In this document: piece after piece, positions 26,026-37,910 of the stretch
How positions within the stretch are numbered: position 1 is the first letter of the stretch
Layout of the letters: every line of letters starts with the position of its first letter
NCBI GenBank assembly: GCA_030141605.1
Contig: JAQGDQ010001033.1
Span: 1-64,000, forward strand
Reading direction: 5' to 3'
DNA length: 64,000 nucleotides
Source: Tubiluchus corallicola
Lineage: Eukaryota; Animalia; Priapulida
The notes under the pieces: model-generated
Told to the model about the DNA's origin: nothing
Database searches by the model: none
Seen by the model: the letters and a program-made list of their open reading frames with translations, nothing else
Made by a program: the position numbers and the translations under genes

Positions 26026-26680
26026 CTACAATCAAAAAATCAATACTTGTGAGTAACCACAGTAATCCACAGTAAAAGTCAGTCAATCTTGTTAATTATT
26101 CTTTCATGCCAGAGTACAAACTTTGATTTCGTAGCTCCTATCCTTTCCTGCTGGAACATTAGCTACTTCTGTACGCTGTCTTTCATTACGGTGAGCTTAC
26201 TGACTGAAATTTAAGTTTAAGCAAAACTGCAACGGTATAACTGCTTACTTGCTAGAGTGTTCATTAATTTTTTTGTCGTGTAAAACACAGCACCGCCACG
26301 ATATTTCACATAAACATGACTTGTGTACTGATTAGGGGTGAGCATAGCTGTTGTCCAGTATTCACCGTTTACTGTCAGCTTTTCTTGGTTAATTTTTATA
26401 AGCATTAAAGCAACATATTCGATTTGTTTAAAATCATTTTAATTATATTATAATTAATTTAATATAAAAAGTAACTCTGGTACATCTTACAACAGAAGTT
26501 TACTGCACTGGATTTTTATACTGAAGTTCAGGGGAAAAATTTCGAAACCCAAATATTCGGTGCATCGTTAAGCAGGTGCTACTGTACATGTATGTGCAAA
26601 ATGCTAATGAAACACGTGCTCCAAACTAAAAATGTGAACCATGTAAGTGTGAATAACCATGTAAGTGTGAGTGTACTCAC

Positions 26681-26764
26681 GCAAATCATTAGAGTCAGCA
26701 CCATCATAAGTCTGTCCAGATTCCCCATCAGCTGTTGAAGAGGAGGGTAAATCATGATATACCC
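26681..26764 (-). CDS. ATP13A3: P5B ATPase N-terminal exon
   Basis: VYHDLPSSSTADGESGQTYDGADSNDL; tttttcttag acceptor, GTGAGT donor; phase 1/1, open frame. Confidence 0.72.
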
Positions 26765-26919
26765 CTAAGAAAAAATACCAAATACATGAAATTCAACTTC
26801 TATGTATACTTTGCGTACGGTGTACACGTATGGCACAATGTATCAACAGTTTTAACTCTCGAAAAAGCAAAAAACAATTTATATAGTATCCTATCAAAGT
26901 GTTTACAATAACTGCATAT

Positions 26920-27324
26920 TTGTTGTTCGCATCCTTCTGTCTCGGAAGACAATGGCGTATGCGCCAAGAGAGTCAGTTATTGATCACACTGATGGAGTTG
27001 CAGCTTCGACTGTGGCTGAGCAGTCCGATCCTTGAACGTCTCCAGGGTGCACGCTTGGGCAAGGTGTTGTGAGATCCTGAGTTGCCCAGACAACAGGAAC
27101 CACCTCTCTTCCTCGGAGCGATAGGCTTGGCACCAGGTTAGCTGCAGGAGCTGCCGGAGTCAGTGAGCATGCTGCAATGGTCCGCCTTTGGGGCTCCACT
27201 CCTGATTTGGAAGGTTTACTCCTCTACACATGACCCGGGTCACTTGACCTCCTCCGCCCTCTAGCAGTGGGCTGCTTGTGCAGCTCCTCCGCCTAGTGTC
27301 GAGATACAGTGTGGGCAACAATTG
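26920..27324 (-). mobile_element. RTE-derived non-autonomous retroposon copy 1
   Basis: homologous to 35168-35570; direct repeat actgcatat at 26911 and 27325; minus-strand 3' end CCATTGTCTTCCGAGACAGAAGGATG resembles RTE LINE 3' ends. Confidence 0.65.
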
Positions 27325-27354
27325 ACTGCATATAATACACAAATATCTCAGTAA

Positions 27355-27498
27355 GGCTAAAATTTACGATTCTCACACACAAGCAATTAGTTCATAAAGT
27401 GGATTAGGAATAGGAATAGGGTTGGGTTTAGGTTTAGGGATAGAATTAGGGTTAGTGTTAGGGTATTTAAATTGTGTGGGGAATTGTAAAATCCTTCC
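27355..27498. mobile_element. Small TIR element (Mutator-like MITE) with degenerate TTAGGG-like core
   Basis: TSD ctcagtaa on both sides; inverted ends tttacgattctcacacac / tgtgtggggaattgtaaa. Confidence 0.65.
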
Positions 27499-27689
27499 CT
27501 CAGTAATAGTAAAGTTTTTAAACAATTAAGTTTAGTACAATCCAGGGTTAACTGGTGATTAAATGCTATTCAAACCCCGTGTGATTCTACCATGTAAGAA
27601 TTTAGTGAGCGTGAAGCTGAAACAGTTTCTGTCCTTGAAGACAGTGGCAGTGCCAATGGAAACTCTCAAAGCGGGTTTTTAAAGTACAA

Positions 27690-28451
27690 GAAAACCCTCC
27701 ACTTACGTGTATAAAGCTTAAAAAATTCGTCTTGAACTTTGTACCGCTTACATACTGCCTTTTTGCATGCAGGGCTTGCATCGGCAGTAATGCTGTATAA
27801 AACTTGTAAATTTAAACTCCAGCGATGACCGTTAGGTGCTGCCATTTTGAAGGTAGGTAGTTTGAAACGAGTTTAGATAACTTTGGTGCGTGAAGTTTGA
27901 AAAAAATCACAGCATTCGTAGCATACATGTTACTAATTAAGTAAAATTTTAAATTACTGTATCTTGTCAATAAGATTAAAAATACGTTTTTGGTTAGTGA
28001 GCATTCGTAGCATACATGTTACTAATTAAGTAAAATTTTAAATTACTGTATCTTGTCAATAAGATTAAAAATACGTTTTTGGTTAGTGAGTGGCGCACCC
28101 TGGAGGGTAAGCCAGCATCATTTTACCAATTGGCATAAACATTTTAAATTATTATTTCTAGTTACATAAGTCTTTCAAGCAGGTAAGTGAAATGCTAAGT
28201 AATATAGATTTGCACGGAAAGTTTTTTGGGACGTAGTTTAACATTTCCCTTTCTTCCCCTGATTTACGTTTGCATAGTGACGTCATGTAATCGCTTCGTC
28301 GGAACAGCATTGCTGGAGATTTAAAATGAAAACAAACAAAAATTCCTTTTAACCCGAGCGTGATATACGCATAAAATTGCTATAAAGTAGTATAATTTTT
28401 AAGGCGATTTTTCTGAAACCTACTTCTGATACCCCCTTTTCTTGTCCTTTA
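27690..28451. mobile_element. Dispersed repeat family C copy 1 with an internal 89-bp tandem duplication
   Basis: colinear with about 53010-53698, which ends in cctttaa; duplication at 27911/28000. Confidence 0.65.
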
Positions 28452-28502
28452 TGTGCACTCACTACAAACCATACCTACCTAACATTGTTTTAAAAGTAAA
28501 CA

Positions 28503-29884
28503 CAAGGCCGGCTCTACCACTAGTCAGAGTAGGCAGTTGCCAAAGGTGTCAAACTACCTAGAGCCACCACTGGGTAGTTGCCTAGGGTGTCAAACTACCT
28601 AGAGCCACCACTGGGTAGTTGCCAAAGGTGTCAAACTACCTAGAGCCACCACTTGGTAGTTGACTAGGGTGTCAAACTACCTAGAGCCACCACTGGGTAG
28701 TTGACTAGGGTGTCAAACTACCTAGAGCCACCACTGGGTAGTTGACTAGGGTGTCAAACTACCTACAGCCACTACTGGGTAGTTGCCTAGGGCGTCAAAC
28801 TACCTAGAGCCGCCACTGGGTAGTTGCCTAGGGTGTCAAACTACCTAGAGCCGCCACTGGGTAGTTGCCTAGGGTGTCAAACTACCTAGAGCCGACACTG
28901 GGTAGTTGACTAGGGCGTCAAACTACCTAGAGCCACCACTGGGTAGTTGACTAGGGTGTCAAACTACCTAGAGCCACCACTGGGTAGTTGCCTAGGGTGT
29001 CAAACTACCTAGAGCCACCACTGGATAGTTGCCTAGGGTGTCAAACTACCTAGAGCCACCACTGGGTAGTTGACTAGGGTGTCAAACTACCTAGAGCCGC
29101 CACTGGGTAGTTGCCTAGGGTGTCAAACAACCTAGAGCCGCCACTGGGTAGTTGCCTAGGGTGTCAAACTACCTAGAGCCGCCACTGGGTAGTTGACTAG
29201 GGTGTCAAACTACCTAGAGCCGACACTGGGTAGTTGACTAGGGCGTCAAACTACCTACAGCCACTACTGGGTAGTTGACTAGGGTGTCAAACTACCTAGA
29301 GCCGCCACTGGGTAGTTGCCTAGGGTGTCAAACTACCTAGAGCCACCACTGGATAGTTGCCTAGGGCGTCAAACTACCTAGAGCCACCACTGGGTAGTTG
29401 CCTAGGGTGTCAAACTACCTAGAGCCGCCACTGGGTAGTTGACTAGGGTGTCAAACTACCTAGAGCCGCCACTGGGTAGTTGACTAGGGTGTCAAACTAC
29501 CTAGAGCCGCCACTGGGTAGTTGACTAGGGCGTCAAACTACCTAGAGCCGCCACTGGGTAGTTGCCTAGGGTGTCAAACTACCTAGAGCCACCACTGGGT
29601 AGTTGCCTAGGGTGTCAAACTACCTAGAGCCGCCACTGGGTAGTTGACTAGGGTGTCAAACTACCTAGAGCCACCACTGGGTAGTTGACTAGGGTGTCAA
29701 ACTACCTAGAGCCACCACTGGGTAGTTGCCTAGGGTGTCAAACTACCTAGAGCCGACACTGGGTAGTTGACTAGGGTGTCAAACTACCTAGAGCCGCCAC
29801 TGGGTAGTTGCCTAGGGTGTCAAACTACCTAGAGCCACCACTGGGTAGTTGCCTAGGGTGTCAAACTACCTAGAGCCAGCACTG
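28503..29884. mobile_element. hAT-like mini-MITE expanded by a 41-bp tandem array (about 33 copies) of its right end
   Basis: termini caaggccggctcta / tagagccagcactg (11/14 inverted match); 8-bp flanks agtaaaca / ggtaaaca; unit gttgcctagggtgtcaaactacctagagccaccactgggta. Confidence 0.75.
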
Positions 29885-30370
29885 GGTAAACAGGGTTTTT
29901 CATAAAGTCACCCTGGACATCTTGTGAAGTCGCTACGCATCAATTGAACCACGAATGAAAATTGTTGTGGAGAGACGACACCTAGCTTACCTGTGAAACT
30001 GCAACAGTGCAAGCTAACAGCATTTGAACTAAAGACTATGCACACAGGTCGATGCAAACTGGGGCTATTACTCTTTAACTGCCTAACATAACCCATAAAC
30101 CTGAGGATTTATCCCACAGCAAAGACACACAGTCAACAAATTGAAGAATCAGAGTACGTGTATTTACAACTCATCACATCACCCTATGAGCATACACTAC
30201 CAAAAATCAAATTCAAACTTTAAGATTTCAAATTCGAATTCATTAATGAAATTTTCTTTTTAATGAAGAAAAAAATCTCAAAATTATACCATCACAGCTA
30301 TTATAAAAAATATCACGAGTAATACTTGATATTGGTTACAATAATAATTTGACAAACATGCCAAGGTTGT

Positions 30371-33300
30371 ATGCTGTTTCAAAAGTGTTAACGTGTAGCT
30401 GAAGCGTCACATGCTGTTTCAAAAGTGTTAACGTGTAGCTGAAGCGTCACATGCTGTTTCAAAAGTACTAACATGTAACTGAAGCGTCACATGCTGTTTC
30501 AAAAGTACTAACATGTAACTGAAGCGTCACGTGCTGTTTCAAAAGTGTTAACATGTAACTGAAGCGCCACGTGCTGTTTCAAAAGTGTTAACGTGTAACT
30601 GAAGCGTCACGTGCTGTTTGAAAAGTGTTAACGTGTAACTGAAGCGTCACGTGCTGTTTGAAAAGTGTTAACATGTAACTGAAGCGCCACGTGCTGTTTC
30701 AAAAGTGTTAACGTGTAACTGAAGCGCCACGTGCTGTTTCAAAAGTGTTAACGTGTAACTGAAGCGTCACGTGCTGTTTGAAAAGTGTTAACATGTAACT
30801 GAAGCGTCACATGCTGTTTCAAAAGTACTAACATGTAACTGAAGCGTCACATGCTGTTTCAAAAGTACTAACATGTAACTGAAGCGTCACATGCTGTTTC
30901 AAAAGTGTTAACATGTAACTGAAGCGTCACATGCTGTTTCAAAAGTGTTAACATGTAACTGAAGCGTCACATGCTGTTTCAAAAGTGTTAACATGTAACT
31001 GAAGCATCACATGCTGTTTCAAACGTGTTAACATGTAACTGACGCGTCACATGCTGTTTCAAAAGTACTAACATGTAACTGACGCGTCACATGCTGTTTC
31101 AAAAGTACTAACATGTAACTGAAGTGCCACATGCTGTTTCAAAAGAACCAACATGTAACTGAAGCGCCACATGCTGTTTCAAAAGTACCAACATGTAACT
31201 GAAGCGTCACGTGCTGTTTGAAAAGTGTTAACATGTAACTGAAGCGTCACGTGCTGTTTCAAAAGTACTAACATGTAGCTGAAGCGTCACGTGCTGTTTC
31301 AAAAGTACCAACATGTAACTGAAGCGTCACATGCTGTTTCAAAAGTACCAACATGTAACTGAAGCGTAACATGCTGTTTCAAAAGTACCAACATGTAACT
31401 GAAGCGTCACATGCTGTTTCAAAAGTACCAACATGTAACTGAAGCGTCACATGCTGTTTCAAAAGTACTAACATGTAACTGAAGCGTCACATGCTGTTTC
31501 AAAAGTACTAACATGTAACTGAAGCGTCACATGCTGTTTCAAAAGTGTTAACATGTAACTGAAGCGTCACATGCTGTTTCAAAAGTGTTAACATGTAACT
31601 GAAGCGTCACATGCTGTTTCAAAAGTGTTAACATGTAACTGAAGCATCACTGCTGTTTCAAACGTTAACATGTAACTGACGCGTCACATGCTGTTTCAAA
31701 AGTACTAACATGTAACTGACGCGTCACATGCTGTTTCAAAAGTACTAACATGTAACTGAAGTGCCACATGCTGTTTCAAAAGAACCAACATGTAACTGAA
31801 GCGCCACATGCTGTTTCAAAAGTACCAACATGTAACTGAAGCGTCACGTGCTGTTTGAAAAGTGTTAACATGTAACTGAAGCGTCACGTGCTGTTTCAAA
31901 AGTACTAACATGTAGCTGAAGCGTCACGTGCTGTTTCAAAAGTACCAACATGTAACTGAAGCGTCACATGCTGTTTCAAAAGTACCAACATGTAACTGAA
32001 GCGTAACATGCTGTTTCAAAAGTACCAACATGTAACTGAAGCGTCACATGCTGTTTCAAAAGTACCAACATGTAACTGAAGCGTCACATGCTGTTTCAAA
32101 AGTACTAACATGTAACTGAAGCGTCACATGCTGTTTCAAAAGTACTAACATGTAACTGAAGCGTCACATGCTGTTTCAAAAGTGTTAACATGTAACTGAA
32201 GCGTCACATGCTGTTTCAAAAGTACTAACATGTAACTGAAGCGTCACATGCTGTTTCAAAAGTTAACATGTAACTGAAGGTCACATGCTGTTTCAAAAGT
32301 ACTAACATGTAACTGAAGCGTCACATGCTGTTTCAAAAGTACTAACATGTAACTGAAGCGCCACATGCTGTTTCAAAAGTACTAACATGCAACTGAAGCG
32401 TCACATGCTGTTTCAAAAGTACTAACATGTAACTGAAGCGTCACATGCTGTTTCAAAAGTACTAACATGTAACTGAAGCGTCACATGCTGTTTCAAAAGT
32501 ACTAACATGTAACTGAAGCGCCACATGCTGTTTCAAAAGTATAACATGAATGAAGCGTCACATGCTGTTTCAAAAGTACTAACATGTAACTGAAGCGTCA
32601 CATGCTGTTTCAAAAGTTAACATGTAACTGAAGCGCCATGCTGTTTCAAAAGTACTAACATGTAACTGAAGTGTCACATGCTGTTTCAAAAGTACTAACA
32701 TGTAACTGAAGGACATGCTGTTTCAGTACTAACATGAAGTGTCACATGCTGTTTCAAAAGTACTAACATGTAACTGAAGTGTCACATGCTGTTTCAAAAG
32801 TGTTAACATGTAACTGAAGCGCCACTGTGTTTCAAGTACTAACATGTAACTGAGTATGCTGTTTCAAAAGTACCAACATGTAACTGAAGCGTCACATGCT
32901 GTTTCAAAAGTGTTAACATGTAACTGAAGCGTCACATGCTGTTTCAAAAGTACTAACATGTAACTGAAGCGTCACATGCTGTTTCAAAAGTACCAACATG
33001 TAACTGAAGCGTCACATGCTGTTTCAAAAGTACTAACATGTAACTACAGCGTCACATGCTGTTCAAAAGTACCAACATGTAACTGAAGCGTCACATGCTG
33101 TTTCAAAAGTACCAACATGTAACAGAAGCGTCACATGCTGTTTCAAAAGTACCAACATGTAACTGAAGCGTCACATGCTGTTTCAAAAGTACCAACATGT
33201 AACTGAAGCGTCACATGCTGTTTCAAAAGTACCAACATGTAACTGAAGCGTCACATGCTGTTTCAAAAGTACTAACATGTAACTGAAGCGTCACATGCTG

Positions 33301-34050
33301 TTTCAAAAGTACTAACATGTAACTGAAGCGTCACATGCTGTTTCAAAAGTACTAACATGTAACTGAAGCGTCACATGCTGTTTCAAAAGTACTAACATGT
33401 AACTGAAGCGCCACATGCTGTTTCAAAAGTACTAACATGTAACTGAAGCGTCACATGCTGTTTCAAAAGTACTAACATATAACTGAAGCGTCACATGCTG
33501 TTTCAAAAGTACTAACATGTAACTGAAGCGCCACATGCTGTTTCAAAAGTACTAACATGTAACTGAAGTGTCACATGCTGTTTCAAAAGTACCAACATGT
33601 AACTGAAGCGCCACATGCTGTTTCAAAAGTACTAACATGTAACTGAAGTGTCACATGCTGTTTCAAAAGTACTAACATGTAACTGAAGTGTCACATGCTG
33701 TTTCAAAAGTGTTAACATGTAACTGAAGTGTCACATGCTGTTTCAAAAGTACTAACATGTAACTGAAGTGTCACATGCTGTTTCAAAAGTACTAACATGT
33801 AACTGAAGTGTCACATGCTGTTTCAAAAGTACTAACATGTAACTGAAGTGTCACATGCTGTTTCAAAAGTACTAACATGTAACTGAAGCGCCACATGCTG
33901 TTTCAAAAGTACCAACATGTAACTGAAGTGTCACATGCTGTTTCAAAAGTACCAACATGTAACTGAAGCGTCACATGCTGTTTCAAAAGTACCAACATGT
34001 AACTGAAGCGTCACATGCTGTTTCAAAAGTACCAACATGTAACTGAAACG
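30371..34050. repeat. 40-bp minisatellite, about 92 copies, with a 640-bp internal duplication
   Basis: unit atgctgtttcaaaagtactaacatgtaactgaagcgtcac. Confidence 0.97.
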
Positions 34051-35167
34051 CTACATGATTTTAGGCTCCAATAGAGTCTAATCGATGATCCCAGAGCTCA
34101 TAAAAACGAGGAAATCAGCCATTTCAAGCAATTATGTAAGTAGCTAAACACTGGAAAATTATACTGACTTCCTGTAAACTAAACAATTACAGCCAAACCA
34201 AAAATCCACTCATAAAAACTTTTATTATAAAATGTGAATAAGCGACTATACAGCCAATACAACTAAATATTTTGAACAAGCAAATGATTTAACATCAACA
34301 CAAACTATTAAAAATAATGCCGTTTGTGAAAACCACAATATATTCCTAAAAGAATAACTATTTACAATGTAGTAATAGTAATTTAGTAAGCTACGCAAAA
34401 GTTTTCATAGTAAAATGCCACATTTCAACATAGACATAGACATATCTATCTCCTCATTTACACCAGAATACAAGCAGACTACTATTGTTACAGTTATTAA
34501 TTAAAAAGGATAAATTATGCATAAAGGAAAGACTTAGGGGGGGTGCAGGAGAAAGGGTAGCCAAAGGCCAATTGGTCATCAAGTCAGCTACCCTTCTCAG
34601 GTTAGTGTAGATTGTAAAAAATTTGTAGTGCTGCTAATTAAAAGGAGTAATATAATTATGAAGTAGGTTAAGAAAATCAACTGTTAACATAAATTTATGG
34701 GGGAAGAAATTAAATTTGAAAGCGAAATAACTAAATAGGCTACGCAAGAAAAACACAGTTACCAGTTTTCTCTCAGACCCATAGCTTAGCTCTCAAAATA
34801 CTGCCATGGGTGCTTGCTTGACTGCCACATCGCATATCCCAGGGACGTTAATCATTTTAGGCACTTGTAACACTAATGCAGTGGTGTGTAATCATGCTTG
34901 CAGCAAAACTGTCCGACTTCTATGCAATTTAGCATGACAGAATTCAATTACACGCTGGAATGTAGCAGTTAAGCAAGCTCTCGTGTAAACTCTTGTACGT
35001 AATTAAAAAGTAATTGAGTACATATATCAGCTAATAGTTGTACAACTTCCAAGGTACAGCTGTGTGATTAACATTTCAGAAACTTTCACCCTAGCAGCCA
35101 TCATCAGCCGAAAGGCATTACGTTTTTTATGTTAAAGCTAACACATCTCTCTCATATATTAAAGTGT

Positions 35168-35570
35168 TGGTTGGCATCTTTCTGTCTCGGAAGACAATGG
35201 AGTGTGCGCCAAGAGAGTCAGTTATTGATCACATTGACGGAGCTGCAGCGTCGACTGTGGCTCAGCAATCTGATCCTTGAACCACTGGAGTGGCCTCTCC
35301 AGGGCGCATGCCTGGGCAAGGTGTATGGAGATCCCGAGTTGCCCAGAAAACAGGAACCCCCTCTCTTCCTCCCTGGTGTAGTCCAAAGGAAAGCGATACA
35401 TTTGGCACCAGATTGGCTGCAGGAGCTGCCAGAGTCAGTGAGGACGCTGCACTGGTCCGCCTTCGGGGCTCCACTCCTGATTTGGAAGGTTTACTCCTCT
35501 AGACATGACAGTTGGGTCACTTGACCTCCCCCGCCGAGTGTCGAGATACAGCGTGGGCATCCCGTATTAG
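35168..35570 (-). mobile_element. RTE-derived non-autonomous retroposon copy 2
   Basis: 11-bp TSD tattaaagtgt at 35157 and 35571. Confidence 0.68.
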
Positions 35571-36075
35571 TATTAAAGTGTAATACTAATATATTTCTTC
35601 CATACACCAGAATCTAGCACTTTCCGGTTAAGCCTACTTAATATCCATGGTTGGTTGCAAGATTGCAGCAGGATCAGGACCTAGCTAACTACCATGGTTA
35701 ATTTGTTAAGGCGAGGCACCTGGCGGGCAGAGACATCTTAGCCATGTTTGCCAACCAGCAAAAAAAAATCACACCAACGACTGACGTCAGATTACATAAT
35801 TTTTTTTAGTTCACGTGTAATTACATCCACGTGTCACTCTAGAGTAGAACAATGCACAGACAGTAGAACAATGCACAGACAGTAGAACAATGCACAGACA
35901 GAAGCAGCTCGAACACACCGAATCCAGGTAAAAAAGTCAGTGATTTTTTTACTTGTGACTTTATAACTGGTCACCAGTGCACCACGACCAATTCACCTCA
36001 TGAATCTATTACTGAATATGAAGTAAACCACAAGAAAAGCTAAACATAATAATAATCTTCTGTACACTGTTATTC

Positions 36076-36704
36076 TTAAAGGAAGACAAGATGATTTTTC
36101 AATATTACCCCATTTTCAAATCCGATAAAAAATATACATTTTAACATAATTAATACTGCAAATGTCTTTCCCATAATTAAACAATAAATTAAAACCTGAA
36201 TTAATGACAAGGGAGCCCAACTAATGATGGCATCACAAACTAACATAATTTTCAACAGCAAAAATATTGCACTAGCGTGTTGCACGTGTTTGCGAAAGTG
36301 AAAATTGAAGCACAGTGCTAATGTAAGATATTCAGTGTGTTGTACTAAAACTAGGCAAGTTTTAAGATAAAAATTCAAATTTAAATTTACGGCTGTGCTC
36401 ACACATGAGCTGTTGAACTTATGCAGTTCATCACAAACTAGCACATCTGTACTGAGAGGCACAGTACCTGTTTTTTTGGTACAATGCGTTTTCGAAATAA
36501 AGGTGCTAGTGCCCATCTAACTAGCGAATGGCAAAATGCATGTAACAGCGAAGAACTAAAGGCGCAACCGTGAAATTGCGTTTGTGTGGTAATAATTCTT
36601 TCACGTAAGTCATTTTTGAAAAAAAATAGCGTGTTTCCTTTCAATATTTTAAAGAGTAGATTGTTTTGACCTACAGTTAAAGATTGAGTCCAGTTTTGCT
36701 TTAA
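36076..36704. mobile_element. TTAA-flanked element family B, intact ends
   Basis: TTAAaggaagac ... gttttgctTTAA; third, truncated copy at 54191-54365. Confidence 0.75.
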
Positions 36705-37876
36705 TCAAATTCACAAACCTTCAAAACACATCCAACGCAATTCGTTTGTCATATCCATCAGTAAATCGTGAAAACTGCACATATCTAAGAAAGTTTGCCA
36801 CCAAAAATCCTCGATTATACAGTTTACGAACTCGGTATCTCCTCGAGTAATAGTAAAAGTTACGTGATATAAAAACACCCCCCAATTTTACTATTTATTC
36901 GTCTGCACCTCACATAGCAAGGCTTTTTGATTTTAGATCATAAATCAGATAAATTTACAATACTAGTACAAAGGTAAGCAATATTGTACCACCAATGCTC
37001 ACTTAAATTTAGAAGGTCTAGTCCCTTGACAGTTTATGACGACATTTTCCCCAGGTTTTTTTAGTATGTATTAGTAAATATTACACTTGCAACTATGCAT
37101 GAGATAATGTAGTAATAAAATGTACAATTTTTACATACTCGTCACCCAAACGAGGTCAATAGACACTCAGGGCGAACGACTACTGTAGAAAGGTAACAAT
37201 GTGAATGTATATCAACAGCGGAAAATTAATTTTTTCTTCCTTTGGCTCTAGCTCCTCATAACATTAATTTTAAATACGTAATGGTTAAATTATTATTTAA
37301 AGATAGTCACGTGTATCTCTTCTTTCCCATTATTGAACATTATTTTATTATAAACTAACACATTCATATAACAATTCAATTTTCATTCGTCTTAAATTCA
37401 AAAGCTGATAATTCTTAATTACCTGATACACACGCATTAATTAATTAATTATATTAGTAACAATTCTGAGAGGGTGGCTGATCTCGATAACTTATAGTTC
37501 TTTCGCCACCCTTTCACCACTAATCAATAATTACTTTTGCACTTTGTAATATTATTGCATGTTGTACAGATTTATAAATCTCTTAGTTATGTATTTTGCT
37601 ATTTTAAAAATTGTGATAAACTAATAAACTTACTTACTTGTCAAAAAAAGAAAGTTGCACAACAAATTTGTTAGTGGTAGGAAGTAACGGATTGGATAAG
37701 GTTATATTTTCCGGGGGAAGCAATTTTCGGGTAGGCAATTCTACAGATAAGAAGTACGGGGAAAAACAATTCCACAGATAAGAAGTGCCGTGGAAAAATT
37801 GAATTTATAAGCAGAGCTCTCTTATTCTTGCTATACAGCAGCATATAAGATGAACACCAATAAATAAAGCCTTTAC

Positions 37877-37910
37877 CTTCATCGGCAATATCAAATGTCG
37901 GATTATCCAT
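37877..37910 (-). CDS. ATP13A3: Probable first coding exon of the P5B ATPase
   Basis: ATG...MDNPTFDIADE(G) then G|GTAAAG; phase 1 joins exon 26681-26764 in frame. Confidence 0.6.

Noticed and set aside
32260-32870. Cluster of irregular short deletions in the 40-bp array
   Set aside because: Scattered 1-3 bp losses in one patch look like low-coverage long-read consensus errors rather than biology
36076-36644. 146-aa and 68-aa ORFs with similar ORFs at 12310-12785
   Set aside because: The similarity reflects two copies of a non-coding TTAA element; frames are not preserved between copies
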